A stretch of DNA of 64,000 nt from Candidatus Norongarragalinales archaeon (GTDB taxonomy: Archaea > Micrarchaeota > Micrarchaeia > Norongarragalinales > Norongarragalinaceae), in contig JAWABJ010000001.1 of the NCBI GenBank assembly GCA_038884755.1, positions 288,001 to 352,000 on the forward strand. The letters are read 5' to 3'. The notes under the pieces were generated by a model. It searched no databases, was not told where the DNA came from, and was given only the letters and a program-made list of their open reading frames with translations. Below, piece after piece: positions 25,801 through 34,671 of this stretch (its first letter is position 1; every line of letters starts with the position of its first letter). A program made the translations under genes and the position numbers.

Positions 25801-28800
25801 CTTGCGCTTCGACCGGAATGGTTTTAGTCAAAAGCAGTTGCACTCCGCTGTTGCAGGCTGTCGCGCCTGAAACGAAAACGTCCGTCGGCTCGACGTTCAA
25901 AAAGTTCGTTGAAACTACTGGCACGTCGCGCGACTGGGCTTTGGCGAATTCAACTCCCGCGTCTGCTTCGACTGCGAAAGTCCCTACAGTTCTCGGGAAA
26001 ACGCTTTTGAAGACGTAAATGCCGTTCTTGCCCGAGTCTTTCTGCCCGTCTCCAGCAAGAGTGTTTCCGCCGTTGGGAAATCCCAAGAACGGGTGGGTTT
26101 CGCCAGTTTCTATGATAGTGAGCACCGCGTTTTCAATTGGCCTTCCTTGCGCTGTAGTGAGCGTGACACGAAGGGGCTGGAATTCAGGGTCGTTCGGGGG
26201 AACGTTCGCTTCCATGACTTGAGGCGTTACGGTCAAAACCATTTGTCCAGTTCCAGTAAACTCGAGCACCGCGTCTGTTGCTGCAATCGGCCCGCCGTCG
26301 TCGGCAAACTCGGCTTTCACTGGCATGTAGTTTCCAGGAGCGCGTGCGTTCGCGATTGTCGAAACAGTTGCTTCCCCATCCACAAGAGCAGGCTGGTGCA
26401 ACTGTTTTTCTATTTCAAGCTTGTTCGACGTTGTGGAAAACCTTGCGATGGGGTTTTCTACCGTTTCGGGCGCGAAGGCTTTGACTTTCGCTTCGAGCAA
26501 AACCTGCTTTCCGAATTCCACGCTCAAAAACCGCGAGGACGTTTTGTTGTCGCTTTTCAGCGTAAGCGTAATGCAGCCTTTGTCGGTGCACTTTTGAAAC
26601 CCTTGCGTAACCTTGTATTCGGAGCTTAGGGTTTCAGCAAAACAATGTTCTTTTGCCGGAACGTTTTCTTTAGTCCCAAGCTCTGCGTCTTCAGGCACTC
26701 TCGCCCACAAGCCGTTCTTGACTGCGAAAGCGCGGTAGCGAAAGTCTATCTTTTCGTTCGCTATTGCCGTGGGGCGAATGCGTATTTTGGCGGAAAGCGT
26801 TTTCACGCCGACTTTTCCAGACGGGTATGAAAACGAAACCCATTTTCTTTCCGAACCGCTTTGCTGTTGCGCCTCTTGCAGGCAAGTGTTTTCTTGGTTG
26901 AAAGTGTTTCCAAAGTCTATTTGCGCGCGGTCTTCCTGCGGCGGCCTGTCGAACGAAGCGATGAACGCCTTTTCTTCGGCAATCGCCTGCTTGTCGCCCA
27001 CCCGCAAGTAAAACCCTGTCTTCTGGGCTTGCGGGAAGCTCACGACGAGCGAAGCCTTGTACCATCCTCCCCTTTCCAGTTCTGTTGCAGAGTGTTCGGC
27101 GTCCAAAACCCCGCTTCCGGTGGAATCCATCTTGTACAAGGAAAAGTTGAGTATTTGCACGTCTTTCGCAAGGTTGGAAGGAAGCATGAGAATGGTTTTC
27201 GCCAGCTCTTGGCCTGTTGCGAGCGTAAGCTCTTCGCTTTGCGTGACTGCATAGCCGTCCGCTTCGGCTTTCAAGAGGACGGGAACGTTGGCGTAGACCG
27301 AGAGGTTGCAGTAAGAACCGTTGGAAGGAGTGTTGCATGACGCTATAGCCTGGTCTTTGTAGAACGCGGTTATGGTTGTGTTTTCAACGAAAGTCTGTTG
27401 CGATTGCGAATAATCTTGCGCGCGTGCGAGTATTCTCGCGAAATTCCTGTCGAGCGTGACTTCAATGGCGGTGGTTTCGCCGGCTTGCACTGCGAAAACG
27501 TCGCTCGAACCACTTTGCGAGCCGAAAATAGCGTGCGCCTTCATTTGCTTGTCCGACTCGACTTCGCTCAACAGCGCGATGCCGTCGCTGTCGGTTTCAG
27601 TTGCCGGATACCCCAAGTTGAACCCGTCTTCAGAAACGAGTTCAACGCTCGCGCCCGCGACAAGCTGGCCGTCGGCATTCCTGACTTTAACTTCAAGCTC
27701 TCCGTTGTTGCCCGCGACTGCTTCGACCAACGACATTTTAGTCGATTCGCCCGCTCGCAGTTGCCTGCTGGTTTTAGGGAGAAAGCCGTCGGCAAAGGCG
27801 GTGGCGTAAAAGTTTTGCGATTTTGAAACTTCGAATTCCGCAATTCCAAATTCATTAGTGTTTTTGTCGTCGATTGTTTTGAACGGCTTTGCGAACAGGA
27901 ACAGCTTTACTTCCGCGTTCCCAAGAGGCTCTCCAGCCTCGTCCGTAACTTGAATAGTGAGCTTGGAATAATCTATAGGCAGCTCGTTGTTCTGTTTTTT
28001 CTTGAGAGAAACGACGAATTCAGTGTTCTTGTCCCCGCGGACGGCTTGAACGTCGTTATTTTCAGCGCCCCTGTAAGGAGCGAAATCGTCGTGCTCTGCA
28101 TTAACGTAAATGCTTACGCCTACAACAACGCTTTCCTGGAAGAAAACCGTTCCCTGCGGGTCGGTGTACCCGCCGGTAATCGCTTCCGAATACCCGTCGG
28201 CGTTGTAGAGCGAAACGAACGCGTTTTCAACCGGGTTTCCTTTCTCATCCTTGACGTGAACGACTATGCTCCCTTTAACTTGTTCTTGTACCACGCTCGC
28301 CTTAAGGGGAATCAGGCATTCTTTTTGCGAGGGAATGCAGTTTTTGAATTCAGACTCGAACCCTTCAGCAGTAACGCGAAGGCGGAAGACCGCGTCTTGG
28401 TTGGAGTAGGTTATTTCGGCTTCGCCCAGGGCGTTGGTGGGATACTGCTGGAGGCTTCCGGTTTCAGGGTCGGAGAAAGTTACGAGAGCGTCGGGAACCG
28501 GGTCGCCTTCGAGGCTTGCGACCACCACCTTGAACGTTTTGGTGGAAGGCTCGAGCATCGCGATTATTTTCTTTCCCGTAAGCACGACTTTCTTTTCGTA
28601 CTTTCCCGAAGGGTGTTGGATTGAAAGCTCGGCAGTCGCGTCTTTGGGAAGTCCTTCTAAGCGGGCGACGCCGTTCTTGCTTATGGCAGAAAATTCCTTG
28701 CCGTCTTCGAGCGTGAGGAGCACGCGCGCGCCGGTGACAGGCTCGTTGCTTTCGCTCAAAACAGTTACTTCCACTGCAACCGTGTTTCCGAACGGAAGTC

Positions 28801-29005
28801 CGAACGAAGAGCCCGCGAGAACGAAAGCAATTCCGCCTATTATTACGGCCAGGAGGAGTATGAAGAACGGGAACGACGGGACTCCGCGGTCTTCGATAGG
28901 GTTTACAAACCAATCGTAAATTTTCAGTCCTTTGCCTTGCAGCCAGTCGCAGAACGCGTAGTACTTGTCTTCAATCGAGAAATAGAATTTCGACAAAGGA
29001 TTCAT
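22892..29005 (-). CDS. Giant (2037 aa) N-anchored cell-surface protein, paralog of the 3040-aa protein
   Basis: Uninterrupted 6.1-kb ORF; N-terminal aromatic helices plus TM; about 6 carboxypeptidase-regulatory-like repeats; Cys-rich modules; P/S/T linkers. Confidence 0.9.
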   Translation of the reverse strand: MNPLSKFYFSIEDKYYAFCDWLQGKGLKIYDWFVNPIEDRGVPSFPFFILLLAVIIGGIAFVLAGSSFGLPFGNTVAVEVTVLSESNEPVTGARVLLTLEDGKEFSAISKNGVARLEGLPKDATAELSIQHPSGKYEKKVVLTGKKIIAMLEPSTKTFKVVVASLEGDPVPDALVTFSDPETGSLQQYPTNALGEAEITYSNQDAVFRLRVTAEGFESEFKNCIPSQKECLIPLKASVVQEQVKGSIVVHVKDEKGNPVENAFVSLYNADGYSEAITGGYTDPQGTVFFQESVVVGVSIYVNAEHDDFAPYRGAENNDVQAVRGDKNTEFVVSLKKKQNNELPIDYSKLTIQVTDEAGEPLGNAEVKLFLFAKPFKTIDDKNTNEFGIAEFEVSKSQNFYATAFADGFLPKTSRQLRAGESTKMSLVEAVAGNNGELEVKVRNADGQLVAGASVELVSEDGFNLGYPATETDSDGIALLSEVESDKQMKAHAIFGSQSGSSDVFAVQAGETTAIEVTLDRNFARILARAQDYSQSQQTFVENTTITAFYKDQAIASCNTPSNGSYCNLSVYANVPVLLKAEADGYAVTQSEELTLATGQELAKTILMLPSNLAKDVQILNFSLYKMDSTGSGVLDAEHSATELERGGWYKASLVVSFPQAQKTGFYLRVGDKQAIAEEKAFIASFDRPPQEDRAQIDFGNTFNQENTCLQEAQQQSGSERKWVSFSYPSGKVGVKTLSAKIRIRPTAIANEKIDFRYRAFAVKNGLWARVPEDAELGTKENVPAKEHCFAETLSSEYKVTQGFQKCTDKGCITLTLKSDNKTSSRFLSVEFGKQVLLEAKVKAFAPETVENPIARFSTTSNKLEIEKQLHQPALVDGEATVSTIANARAPGNYMPVKAEFADDGGPIAATDAVLEFTGTGQMVLTVTPQVMEANVPPNDPEFQPLRVTLTTAQGRPIENAVLTIIETGETHPFLGFPNGGNTLAGDGQKDSGKNGIYVFKSVFPRTVGTFAVEADAGVEFAKAQSRDVPVVSTNFLNVEPTDVFVSGATACNSGVQLLLTKTIPVEAQVHYQVSGGSNESQCVEVLQPPRSPFTMKKGKAGQNEKTQVRVRPIKNTDCSLAFNSVLEGSGSAGFAETNFVVDCASLGEPSPTPSPGACSKENCTACNEGQCINLQNQGACKAVYENNQFKRCEQRKTQENKTADFCAAQRFDLGSLLASRLGFMSAQRIFNPNRNDRALAASATNRIVRIPRPPFFQIERASPDCEIQNGKLVCTKKVSPLVPSNGIALSLKNALGFNTQIATETKKPQCFSIRKVENIGLAKIGDFARKTISGAFRLPGGQYATLVVLFEPDQPGCAEYSYDQEKGVTLTPAQGRNELTLTIRDASNLGQAVKLDIVLKIEGESSKYAIASAPNFQSLNGIATRVNNAVEPAVIANNLQFESVEVGDAKIPAKDIASVAVGFPAEGYEFKIGTKTQPNIKTIQNNIEKASFDAVGNARTGVDAVSACTGQEFCFIENNKDFEQALKEEISEDLRKITGTMDSVSFTQAFDYDRVMLETAMTSALQDYLAGLIAYEACKKAGEDPIGDLRQRCASNRLSPQELPLNMGDAFASGFLAATCDSEVLNLASYATSGSVGLPGGYLNTLARRLVTQYILPGRAPIQVNHRIFRNLDTLINVPVKIAGEKGGFVVYSFQPSESIGLHQSGGYPDDFFGMQGFGSQCVPGDQSTCPFPNQCQFDPSVGMGRCVPGALYNNPFQFGPGFDAGNPFDYSYSDAQFQTPLNDDAVIVELKGTYGFGTQDYKRTDKSSSGFAASGMPYLKAGNPAELKGDGGSPNLLTMNKYGFADEIDTKDFLSVFSNAQQAQLAEFFKQELSKEALSAQVKEAIKSNALATEKTVKVVLKAGNESSISIKPIAPPAPSPSATPLPSPSPSPLPSPRPTPTPKAYEGFQYVQPKLSPNLVEKKLDEKPSATPEFELTVMFKVDADNPVKLDAQNSLKSVLAALKYLLDEKAPPLTCQLQASESSVSNAEACAVGR

Positions 29006-29185
29006 TTTTTAGCTCAAGCCCCCGTTCTCTTTTTATTCCAACAAATAGGCGTTTTTCGTTTTTAAATAACTTTGGAAACGGGGAAAGGAAAAGTTCCACC
29101 TGCCAGGCCGCCGGTTTTTACACCGACGAACCCAGCGGGCGAATGGTTGGCAAAGAGCGCAAAAAAGAAAAAAGGGGAGAAAAAC

Positions 29186-30250
29186 CTAGAAGTCGATGGA
29201 CGAGAGTCCAACGGCTTCGTTTACGCCGCGCCTTTCGCGTTCCTTGTGCGAAAGCACGTGCGGAGAGGTTACGCCAGTGATTACGCTCGTGACGATTATC
29301 TTGTCTCCCATTTCGGGAATCACGCGCGCTCCCCACTTTACGTAAGCATTGCCGTCGAACGACTCGGTAATGCCTTCTCCTATGCTAATGGCGTCACCGA
29401 GAGTGAGCGTGGAACCTCCTTGAATCAAGACCAACGCGCCTTTGCTTCCGGCGTAGTCGACGTCCAACAGCGGGTGCGCCAGGCTGCTTTGCACTGCTTG
29501 TTCCACGCGCTGGCTGCCTGTGCCTTCGCCTATGGAAATCATGGCATCGCCTGCGTTGCCCATTATCATGCGCAAGTCGGCGAAGTCAATGTTCACGAGT
29601 GAAGGAAGCATGACTGTGTCGGTAATGCCTTTCACTGCTTTCGCAACCAACGTGTCAGCAACTGCAAACGCTTGGTTCATCGGCAAGTTCGGGACGAATT
29701 CTACGAGCTTGTTGTTGTCGATTATCACCGTGGTGTCGCAGTTTTCGCGCAACGCATCCAAACCCCAGTCTGCTTTCGTCAAACGCGCGCGTTCCAAGGC
29801 AAAGGGATACGTGACCATGGAAACGACTATCGCGCCTTGTTCCTTGGCGACTTGCGCGACTACTGGCGCTGCGCCCGTTCCCGTCCCTCCGCCCATTCCA
29901 GCAGTGATGAAAACGAGTTCGCTTCCGGACAGAGCTTCGGCGATTTTCTCGCGGCTTTGCTCGGCTGCCTTTTGCCCGACTTCTGGAAATCCTCCCGCGC
30001 CCAATCCCCTGGTAAGCTGCGCTCCTATCAAGAACCTGCGGTCGGCTTCGATCATTTGCAAGTGCTTTTGGTCGGTGTTGATTGCAATGGTCTTGGCGCT
30101 TTGGATGCCCATCTTGTGCAGGCGGTGGACAGAATTCGTTCCTGCCCCTCCTACTCCAACCACGCTTATTTGTATTTTCGAAGCTTCGAAAGCCTTGCCT
30201 TCTCCAGCTGCTGGCGAGGTTTTCAACGCGTCTTCAATCAAACTGTTCAT
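29186..30250 (-). CDS. ftsZ: Cell division protein FtsZ (FtsZ2-like), copy B
   Basis: GVGGAGTN, INTDQKHL, GLGAGG, GGGTGTG, ERAR, DNNKL..VPNLP, NIDFAD. Confidence 0.97.
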   Translation of the reverse strand: MNSLIEDALKTSPAAGEGKAFEASKIQISVVGVGGAGTNSVHRLHKMGIQSAKTIAINTDQKHLQMIEADRRFLIGAQLTRGLGAGGFPEVGQKAAEQSREKIAEALSGSELVFITAGMGGGTGTGAAPVVAQVAKEQGAIVVSMVTYPFALERARLTKADWGLDALRENCDTTVIIDNNKLVEFVPNLPMNQAFAVADTLVAKAVKGITDTVMLPSLVNIDFADLRMIMGNAGDAMISIGEGTGSQRVEQAVQSSLAHPLLDVDYAGSKGALVLIQGGSTLTLGDAISIGEGITESFDGNAYVKWGARVIPEMGDKIIVTSVITGVTSPHVLSHKERERRGVNEAVGLSSIDF

Positions 30251-30334
30251 TTTCACATCATCTCCGGCGGGTTTCTTTTTTTTTCAAACACTTTTTTTCT
30301 GAAAAAACAAAAAGAAAAGGGAAAATCGGCTTTC

Positions 30335-31402
30335 TCAGCCGATTATTTCAATTTCGTACTGTTTTTTGGTCTCCTGCTGGGACTTCGGCGTCGTTTTTCC
30401 GACAATGTGGCTGCTCTTTACGCCCGTTACGATGGCAGTGATTTCCAGTTTTCCGTCGTACTCGGGAATGAGCCTTGCGCCCCATTTTACGGATGCGGTC
30501 GGGTCCATTGAGCCGGTAAGCAGTTCTCCTGCACGAATTGCGTCTCCGAGCGTGAGGTCGGCTCCTCCTGCAATGTGGATCAAAGCGCCTTTCGCCCCGT
30601 CCAAATCGACGTCAAGCAGGCGGTTCTTGAGAACGCCTTCCACCGCGTCTTCAACCTTGTTGGCTCCCTTGCCCGTTCCAACAGCAATCATTCCAACGTC
30701 GCCGTTGCCCATTATGGCGCGGACATCCGCGAAATCGATGTTCACGAGAGAGGGTTGCGTGATTGTGAAGACTAGTCCTCCGACTGCTTTCGCGAGAATT
30801 TCGTCTGCAACCAAGAATGCCTGGTTCATGGGCAGGTTGGGTACGAGCTCAACAAGCCTGTTGTTGTCCAAGACAATTACGCTGTCGCAAACCTCGCGCA
30901 AGCGTGCAATGCCTTCATCTGCTTTGGTGACGCGCGCTCTTTCAAGCGAGAACGGGTACGTGACCATGGCGACTACGATTGCGCCTTGTTCCTTGGCGAT
31001 TTGGGCTACGACCGGGGCCGCGCCCGTTCCCGTTCCTCCGCCCATTCCGGCGCACAAGAACACCAAGTGCGAGCCTTCAATGTTCTTTTCTAGGGTTTCG
31101 CGGTCCACTTCGGCGCATTTCGCGCCGACTTCGGGAAATCCTCCTGCGCCCAATCCCTTGGTAACGCTTTTTCCTATGAGCACTTTGATTATGGATTCGT
31201 CGAGAATGTTCAAATGCTGGCGGTCGGTGTTGCACGCCATCAAGTGCGCGCCCTTCACGTTGAGCCTCTTCAAGCGGTTGACCGTGTTGTTTCCGCCTCC
31301 TCCTACGCCTACTACCGTTATTTTTATTTCCTCAAACTCGTCCCCGGATTTTTTTACGGCCGCGGTCGGGGATTGCAGCGCGCTCTTCACAATGTCTTCC
31401 AA
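30335..31402 (-). CDS. ftsZ: Cell division protein FtsZ (FtsZ2-like), copy A
   Basis: GVGGGGNN, NTDRQHL, GGGTGTG, ERARVTKA, DNNRL..VPNLP, TITQPSLVNIDFAD; start placed at TTG 31402 after GAGGCG (uncertain). Confidence 0.96.
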   Translation of the reverse strand: MEDIVKSALQSPTAAVKKSGDEFEEIKITVVGVGGGGNNTVNRLKRLNVKGAHLMACNTDRQHLNILDESIIKVLIGKSVTKGLGAGGFPEVGAKCAEVDRETLEKNIEGSHLVFLCAGMGGGTGTGAAPVVAQIAKEQGAIVVAMVTYPFSLERARVTKADEGIARLREVCDSVIVLDNNRLVELVPNLPMNQAFLVADEILAKAVGGLVFTITQPSLVNIDFADVRAIMGNGDVGMIAVGTGKGANKVEDAVEGVLKNRLLDVDLDGAKGALIHIAGGADLTLGDAIRAGELLTGSMDPTASVKWGARLIPEYDGKLEITAIVTGVKSSHIVGKTTPKSQQETKKQYEIEIIG

Positions 31403-31607
31403 TCCAATCGCCTCTTTTTTTTCGGTGGGTGTTTTTTCCTGCTTAAAACGCGTTTTTCCCCGCGTTCCAGGCAGTGAAATGCGAACGAATCTGCTATTTA
31501 AAAACCTTGCTATTCCACAAATATGTTTTGATAGGTTTGGAAATGTTTTCAGCGGACTGGATTTCAAGAACGCTTTTTCCCGCCGAAAACCGCCAGCCGG
31601 TATATCC

Positions 31608-31625
31608 AAGCATATGCTTTTATAT
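31608..31625. promoter_or_regulatory. 12-bp perfect palindrome AAGCATATGCTT overlapping a TATA-like TTTTATAT
   Basis: Seen directly in the ftsZ/RHH divergent intergenic region. Confidence 0.4.
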
Positions 31626-31698
31626 GCGACTTTCTTTATTTGGAGTGCTCGCACGGCGTTATGCCGTTTTTCCCTGCGCAGAGCAAGTGGTGATGTGA

Positions 31699-31881
31699 AT
31701 GGGTGCTGATTCTGAATCGTTTCTTGTAACCGTCCCTTTGGACTGGGATTTGAAAGACCACGCTGAAGGGAAAAGAAAATTCCCGAGCGTGCAGGACTTC
31801 ATCCGCGAACTGATTCGAAGGGATATTGAATCTTACGACAAGGAAACGCGCGAGAGCGAAGCGAAAACAAACGGGAAATAA
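31699..31881 (+). CDS. Ribbon-helix-helix (CopG/Arc/MetJ, CdrS-like) transcription factor
   Basis: 60 aa: beta strand FLVTVP, then KFPSVQDFIRELIRRDI; GGTGA SD; divergent from ftsZ pair. Confidence 0.7.
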   Translation: MGADSESFLVTVPLDWDLKDHAEGKRKFPSVQDFIRELIRRDIESYDKETRESEAKTNGK

Positions 31882-31898
31882 TTTTTTTTTTAAATTTT

Positions 31899-33629
31899 TC
31901 ACCCGCTACGCTGCATTTCGTAAAGCTCTTCTATTTCTTTTTCGGTAGTCGCCTGCGCAGGGTTTTTGTCCTCGCGGATTTTCACCAAACGCGGAAAACG
32001 TAATGCAAGGCCTTCTTTTCCGTGCATCGCCGCAGTATGAACGGGCGAACGTGTTATTTCGTCGGCGTTTATTTCCACCACGTACTTAGGCACAACCCAG
32101 ACGTCCGCGTCGATGAGCGCATCCACGTTCGCGGGCTTTTCTTTCAACGCGATTTTGCTCAGGGTTTTCTCGAACCATTGCATCTGCTCTTCGCTGAAGC
32201 CCGTGCCTATTTTGCAAATCGTCCGGAAACGCTTTTTGCTTTCATCGTATATCGCAGTGAGCAATCCTCCAAAACCGAATTTGGTTCTCTTTCCTTTTCC
32301 CAAGTAATATCCTACGATAACGCCGTCCACAGTATCGCCCAGTCCCTTGCCGTAAGATTTCTTGAGTTTTATCCACGCGAACTTGCGCGCTCCTGCAGTA
32401 TACGGTGCCGTTAAGTCCTTCGCGATTATGCCTTCCAGCCCCTCGCCGACCACTTCCTCGAAAAACTCCTGTAGTTTTTGCGGGGTTTTCGCAATTACGT
32501 ACTGCGAAGGCACTACAGTTTTTCCGGTGCCGAAAAACCTGTCGATTGTTTTCCTGCGTTCTGCATACGGCGCATTCGTGTAGTCTTTCCCGTCCAAAAG
32601 CAAAACGTCGAAAACGAAAAACTTCAAAGGCAAAACTCTCGCTTTCTCTTCAATACCGTGCTTGCGCTTGCGCTGGATTGTGGCTTGAAAAGGGAGAAAT
32701 TTTTTGGTTTTCTCGTCGAAGGCGATGGCTTCGCCTTCGATGATGAATTCCTTGCTTTTGTTTTTCTTGAATTCCTCGTAGAGGTCGGGAAACATGTGCG
32801 TCATTTTCTCCAAACGCCGCGAGTAGATTTCTATTTTTTCGTTTTGCTTGTGCACTTGCAGCCTGAATCCATCGTATTTTGCTTCTACAGCGCACTCTCC
32901 GATTTTCTCGATGATTTCCTCGGCAGTTCCAAGCCGTTCGGCTAACGCCGGCTGGATTGGCGAGAATGGCGAAGCCTTGATGTGCTTCAAGCCTTCAATC
33001 CCGCTTTCGAAAAACAATTCCGCTATAAGCCCCAGGTCGCTCGTGAAATTGTACGCCCTTTCCAACTCTGGGCGCAGGCTCTTGTCTTTAGTTTGCGTAA
33101 AGCTCAACGCGTCTATGACCGTTGCTTCGCCGGCGCCCAAACGCAGTTTGCCTGTCACAAAACGGATTATGTATTTTGCTTCGAGTGGCGTGGCGTTGCC
33201 CAGCAAATCCGCCAAGAGTTTTATTTTCAATTCTTGGCTTCCGCTGCCTGTTGAAGTCGCTATCTTGTAAAAGTTTTCGTAGACTTTTTCCGTCGAGAGT
33301 TTTGACGCCCCAAGCTTGTGCTGAGTTTTGGTTTTCAAAAGCTCTTGCGCCGTATCCCCGAGATCGCCGCTCTTGCGGTAGTGGGTTTCAACCTCTTTAG
33401 GTGTTTTTCCCGACACGAGAGAAATGGATTGCACGCACAATTTGTCTCCCATTCCCAATTCTATTCCATAGTGTTGGGGCACGAGCACGCCAGTAATCAA
33501 ATACACTACTTGTTTGACTTCTTTCTTCGAGCATTCGCTAAGGAGTCTAGCGATGTCGTCGGTTATTTCGAGTCGCTTGGTGGTTGAAGAAAGCTTCTCG
33601 AAAATTTCCGCGAGGCGCGAGAAGTCCAT
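31899..33629 (-). CDS. lig: ATP-dependent DNA ligase
   Basis: EAKYDGFR (motif I), EGEAI, FDVL, EGIIAK, WIKLK, ALRFPR. Confidence 0.98.
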   Translation of the reverse strand: MDFSRLAEIFEKLSSTTKRLEITDDIARLLSECSKKEVKQVVYLITGVLVPQHYGIELGMGDKLCVQSISLVSGKTPKEVETHYRKSGDLGDTAQELLKTKTQHKLGASKLSTEKVYENFYKIATSTGSGSQELKIKLLADLLGNATPLEAKYIIRFVTGKLRLGAGEATVIDALSFTQTKDKSLRPELERAYNFTSDLGLIAELFFESGIEGLKHIKASPFSPIQPALAERLGTAEEIIEKIGECAVEAKYDGFRLQVHKQNEKIEIYSRRLEKMTHMFPDLYEEFKKNKSKEFIIEGEAIAFDEKTKKFLPFQATIQRKRKHGIEEKARVLPLKFFVFDVLLLDGKDYTNAPYAERRKTIDRFFGTGKTVVPSQYVIAKTPQKLQEFFEEVVGEGLEGIIAKDLTAPYTAGARKFAWIKLKKSYGKGLGDTVDGVIVGYYLGKGKRTKFGFGGLLTAIYDESKKRFRTICKIGTGFSEEQMQWFEKTLSKIALKEKPANVDALIDADVWVVPKYVVEINADEITRSPVHTAAMHGKEGLALRFPRLVKIREDKNPAQATTEKEIEELYEMQRSG

Positions 33630-33679
33630 ATTTATTTTAAATCAAAAACCTCCTTTAATTCAATAGGGTTTGGAGGAAA

Positions 33680-34339
33680 ATGCGTTTCAAAAAACCGGTT
33701 GTTTTGGGTGTATCGCACTCCGTAAACTCTCCGGATTATTCTAGACTAATTGCTTGGATTGACGGGAACGTTAAGCCGGGAATGAAGGTGGGCTTGGAGT
33801 ATCCCGCTTCTATAAAAATAGTTTCGGACTCTGAACGGCAGTTTCTTAAAGTTCCGTCGTTTTACAGGGGAAAGCTTGCAGAAAAAAGGGATTTTTTTGC
33901 ATCCGACCCCCAGCACCAGTTTTTTTTGAAGATTATAGCTGCGATTCAAAGGAAGGGCGCCCAAGCGGTTATGCTTGACTCTTCAGAACTTCTTGACGAG
34001 CATAGCGGGCTTGAGGAAAAAAAGCGTTTGTTTGGCGTTTTTCATGTCCCCCTGGGAATGTTGCATGAAATCACGAAGGTTTCCGCAGTGAGAAGCGCTT
34101 TCATGCTGGAACGAGCTTTGAAAAACCAAACCGACGTTATGATTGTCGGCTCCATGCATGCTGCCGACTTTTCCCGCCATGTTCCCAGACTGGTAGGCAA
34201 GGTGATTTCCCTAGATTCTAAGTTAATGTGGTGGTTTGTAAAGGCACTAACGTTTCTTGAATACCATACTACCGCCAAAGCCCAAAAAAACGCCATTAAA
34301 ACTTCATTTCAGAGGCTGAACGAAACCTATTTGAAATAG
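33680..34339 (+). CDS. Hypothetical protein with TraB/GumN/EreA-like motif set
   Basis: VVLGVSH, VGLEY, RSAFM, MIVGSMH in the expected order; AT-richer than flanks. Confidence 0.5.
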   Translation: MRFKKPVVLGVSHSVNSPDYSRLIAWIDGNVKPGMKVGLEYPASIKIVSDSERQFLKVPSFYRGKLAEKRDFFASDPQHQFFLKIIAAIQRKGAQAVMLDSSELLDEHSGLEEKKRLFGVFHVPLGMLHEITKVSAVRSAFMLERALKNQTDVMIVGSMHAADFSRHVPRLVGKVISLDSKLMWWFVKALTFLEYHTTAKAQKNAIKTSFQRLNETYLK

Positions 34340-34353
34340 AACTTAGCTCGGGT

Positions 34354-34560
34354 TCAATACTCGCCGCTGTCGCCTTCGAAGTCGCCCGCGTCGTCGTCCC
34401 AGTCGCTCTTCCACTCCTTAGACTCCTTCATTTCGTCCCACGTCATGGAAAACTTGTCTTTGCGCTTTCCCTTTTTTTGCTTAGAGTTTTTTGGCGCCGC
34501 GCGTTTTTTGGCTTTACCGCGCTTTGGAGCTTTCTTCGCTTTCGTTTTTTTCTTGACCAT
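34354..34560 (-). CDS. Small protein, Lys-rich N-terminus and acidic Trp-containing C-terminus
   Basis: 68-aa ORF filling the gap between convergent/divergent neighbours. Confidence 0.6.
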   Translation of the reverse strand: MVKKKTKAKKAPKRGKAKKRAAPKNSKQKKGKRKDKFSMTWDEMKESKEWKSDWDDDAGDFEGDSGEY

Positions 34561-34671
34561 CGTTTTTCAAACCCTTTTCGCGTCGTCCGCAAAACTGAAA
34601 AAATAAAGCAAGTCAGTATAAAAGCTTTGCTAACGCAGCGGTTAAAAACTCGCGAGCGCAAGGAATTGTTT

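Noticed and set aside
29095..29155. Possible riboswitch upstream of the 2037-aa gene (minus-strand hairpin CGUCGGU-GUAAAA-ACCGGCG)
   Set aside because: No known aptamer consensus; it lies after the ftsZ T-tract and upstream of the likely TATA box, so it is probably not in that leader.
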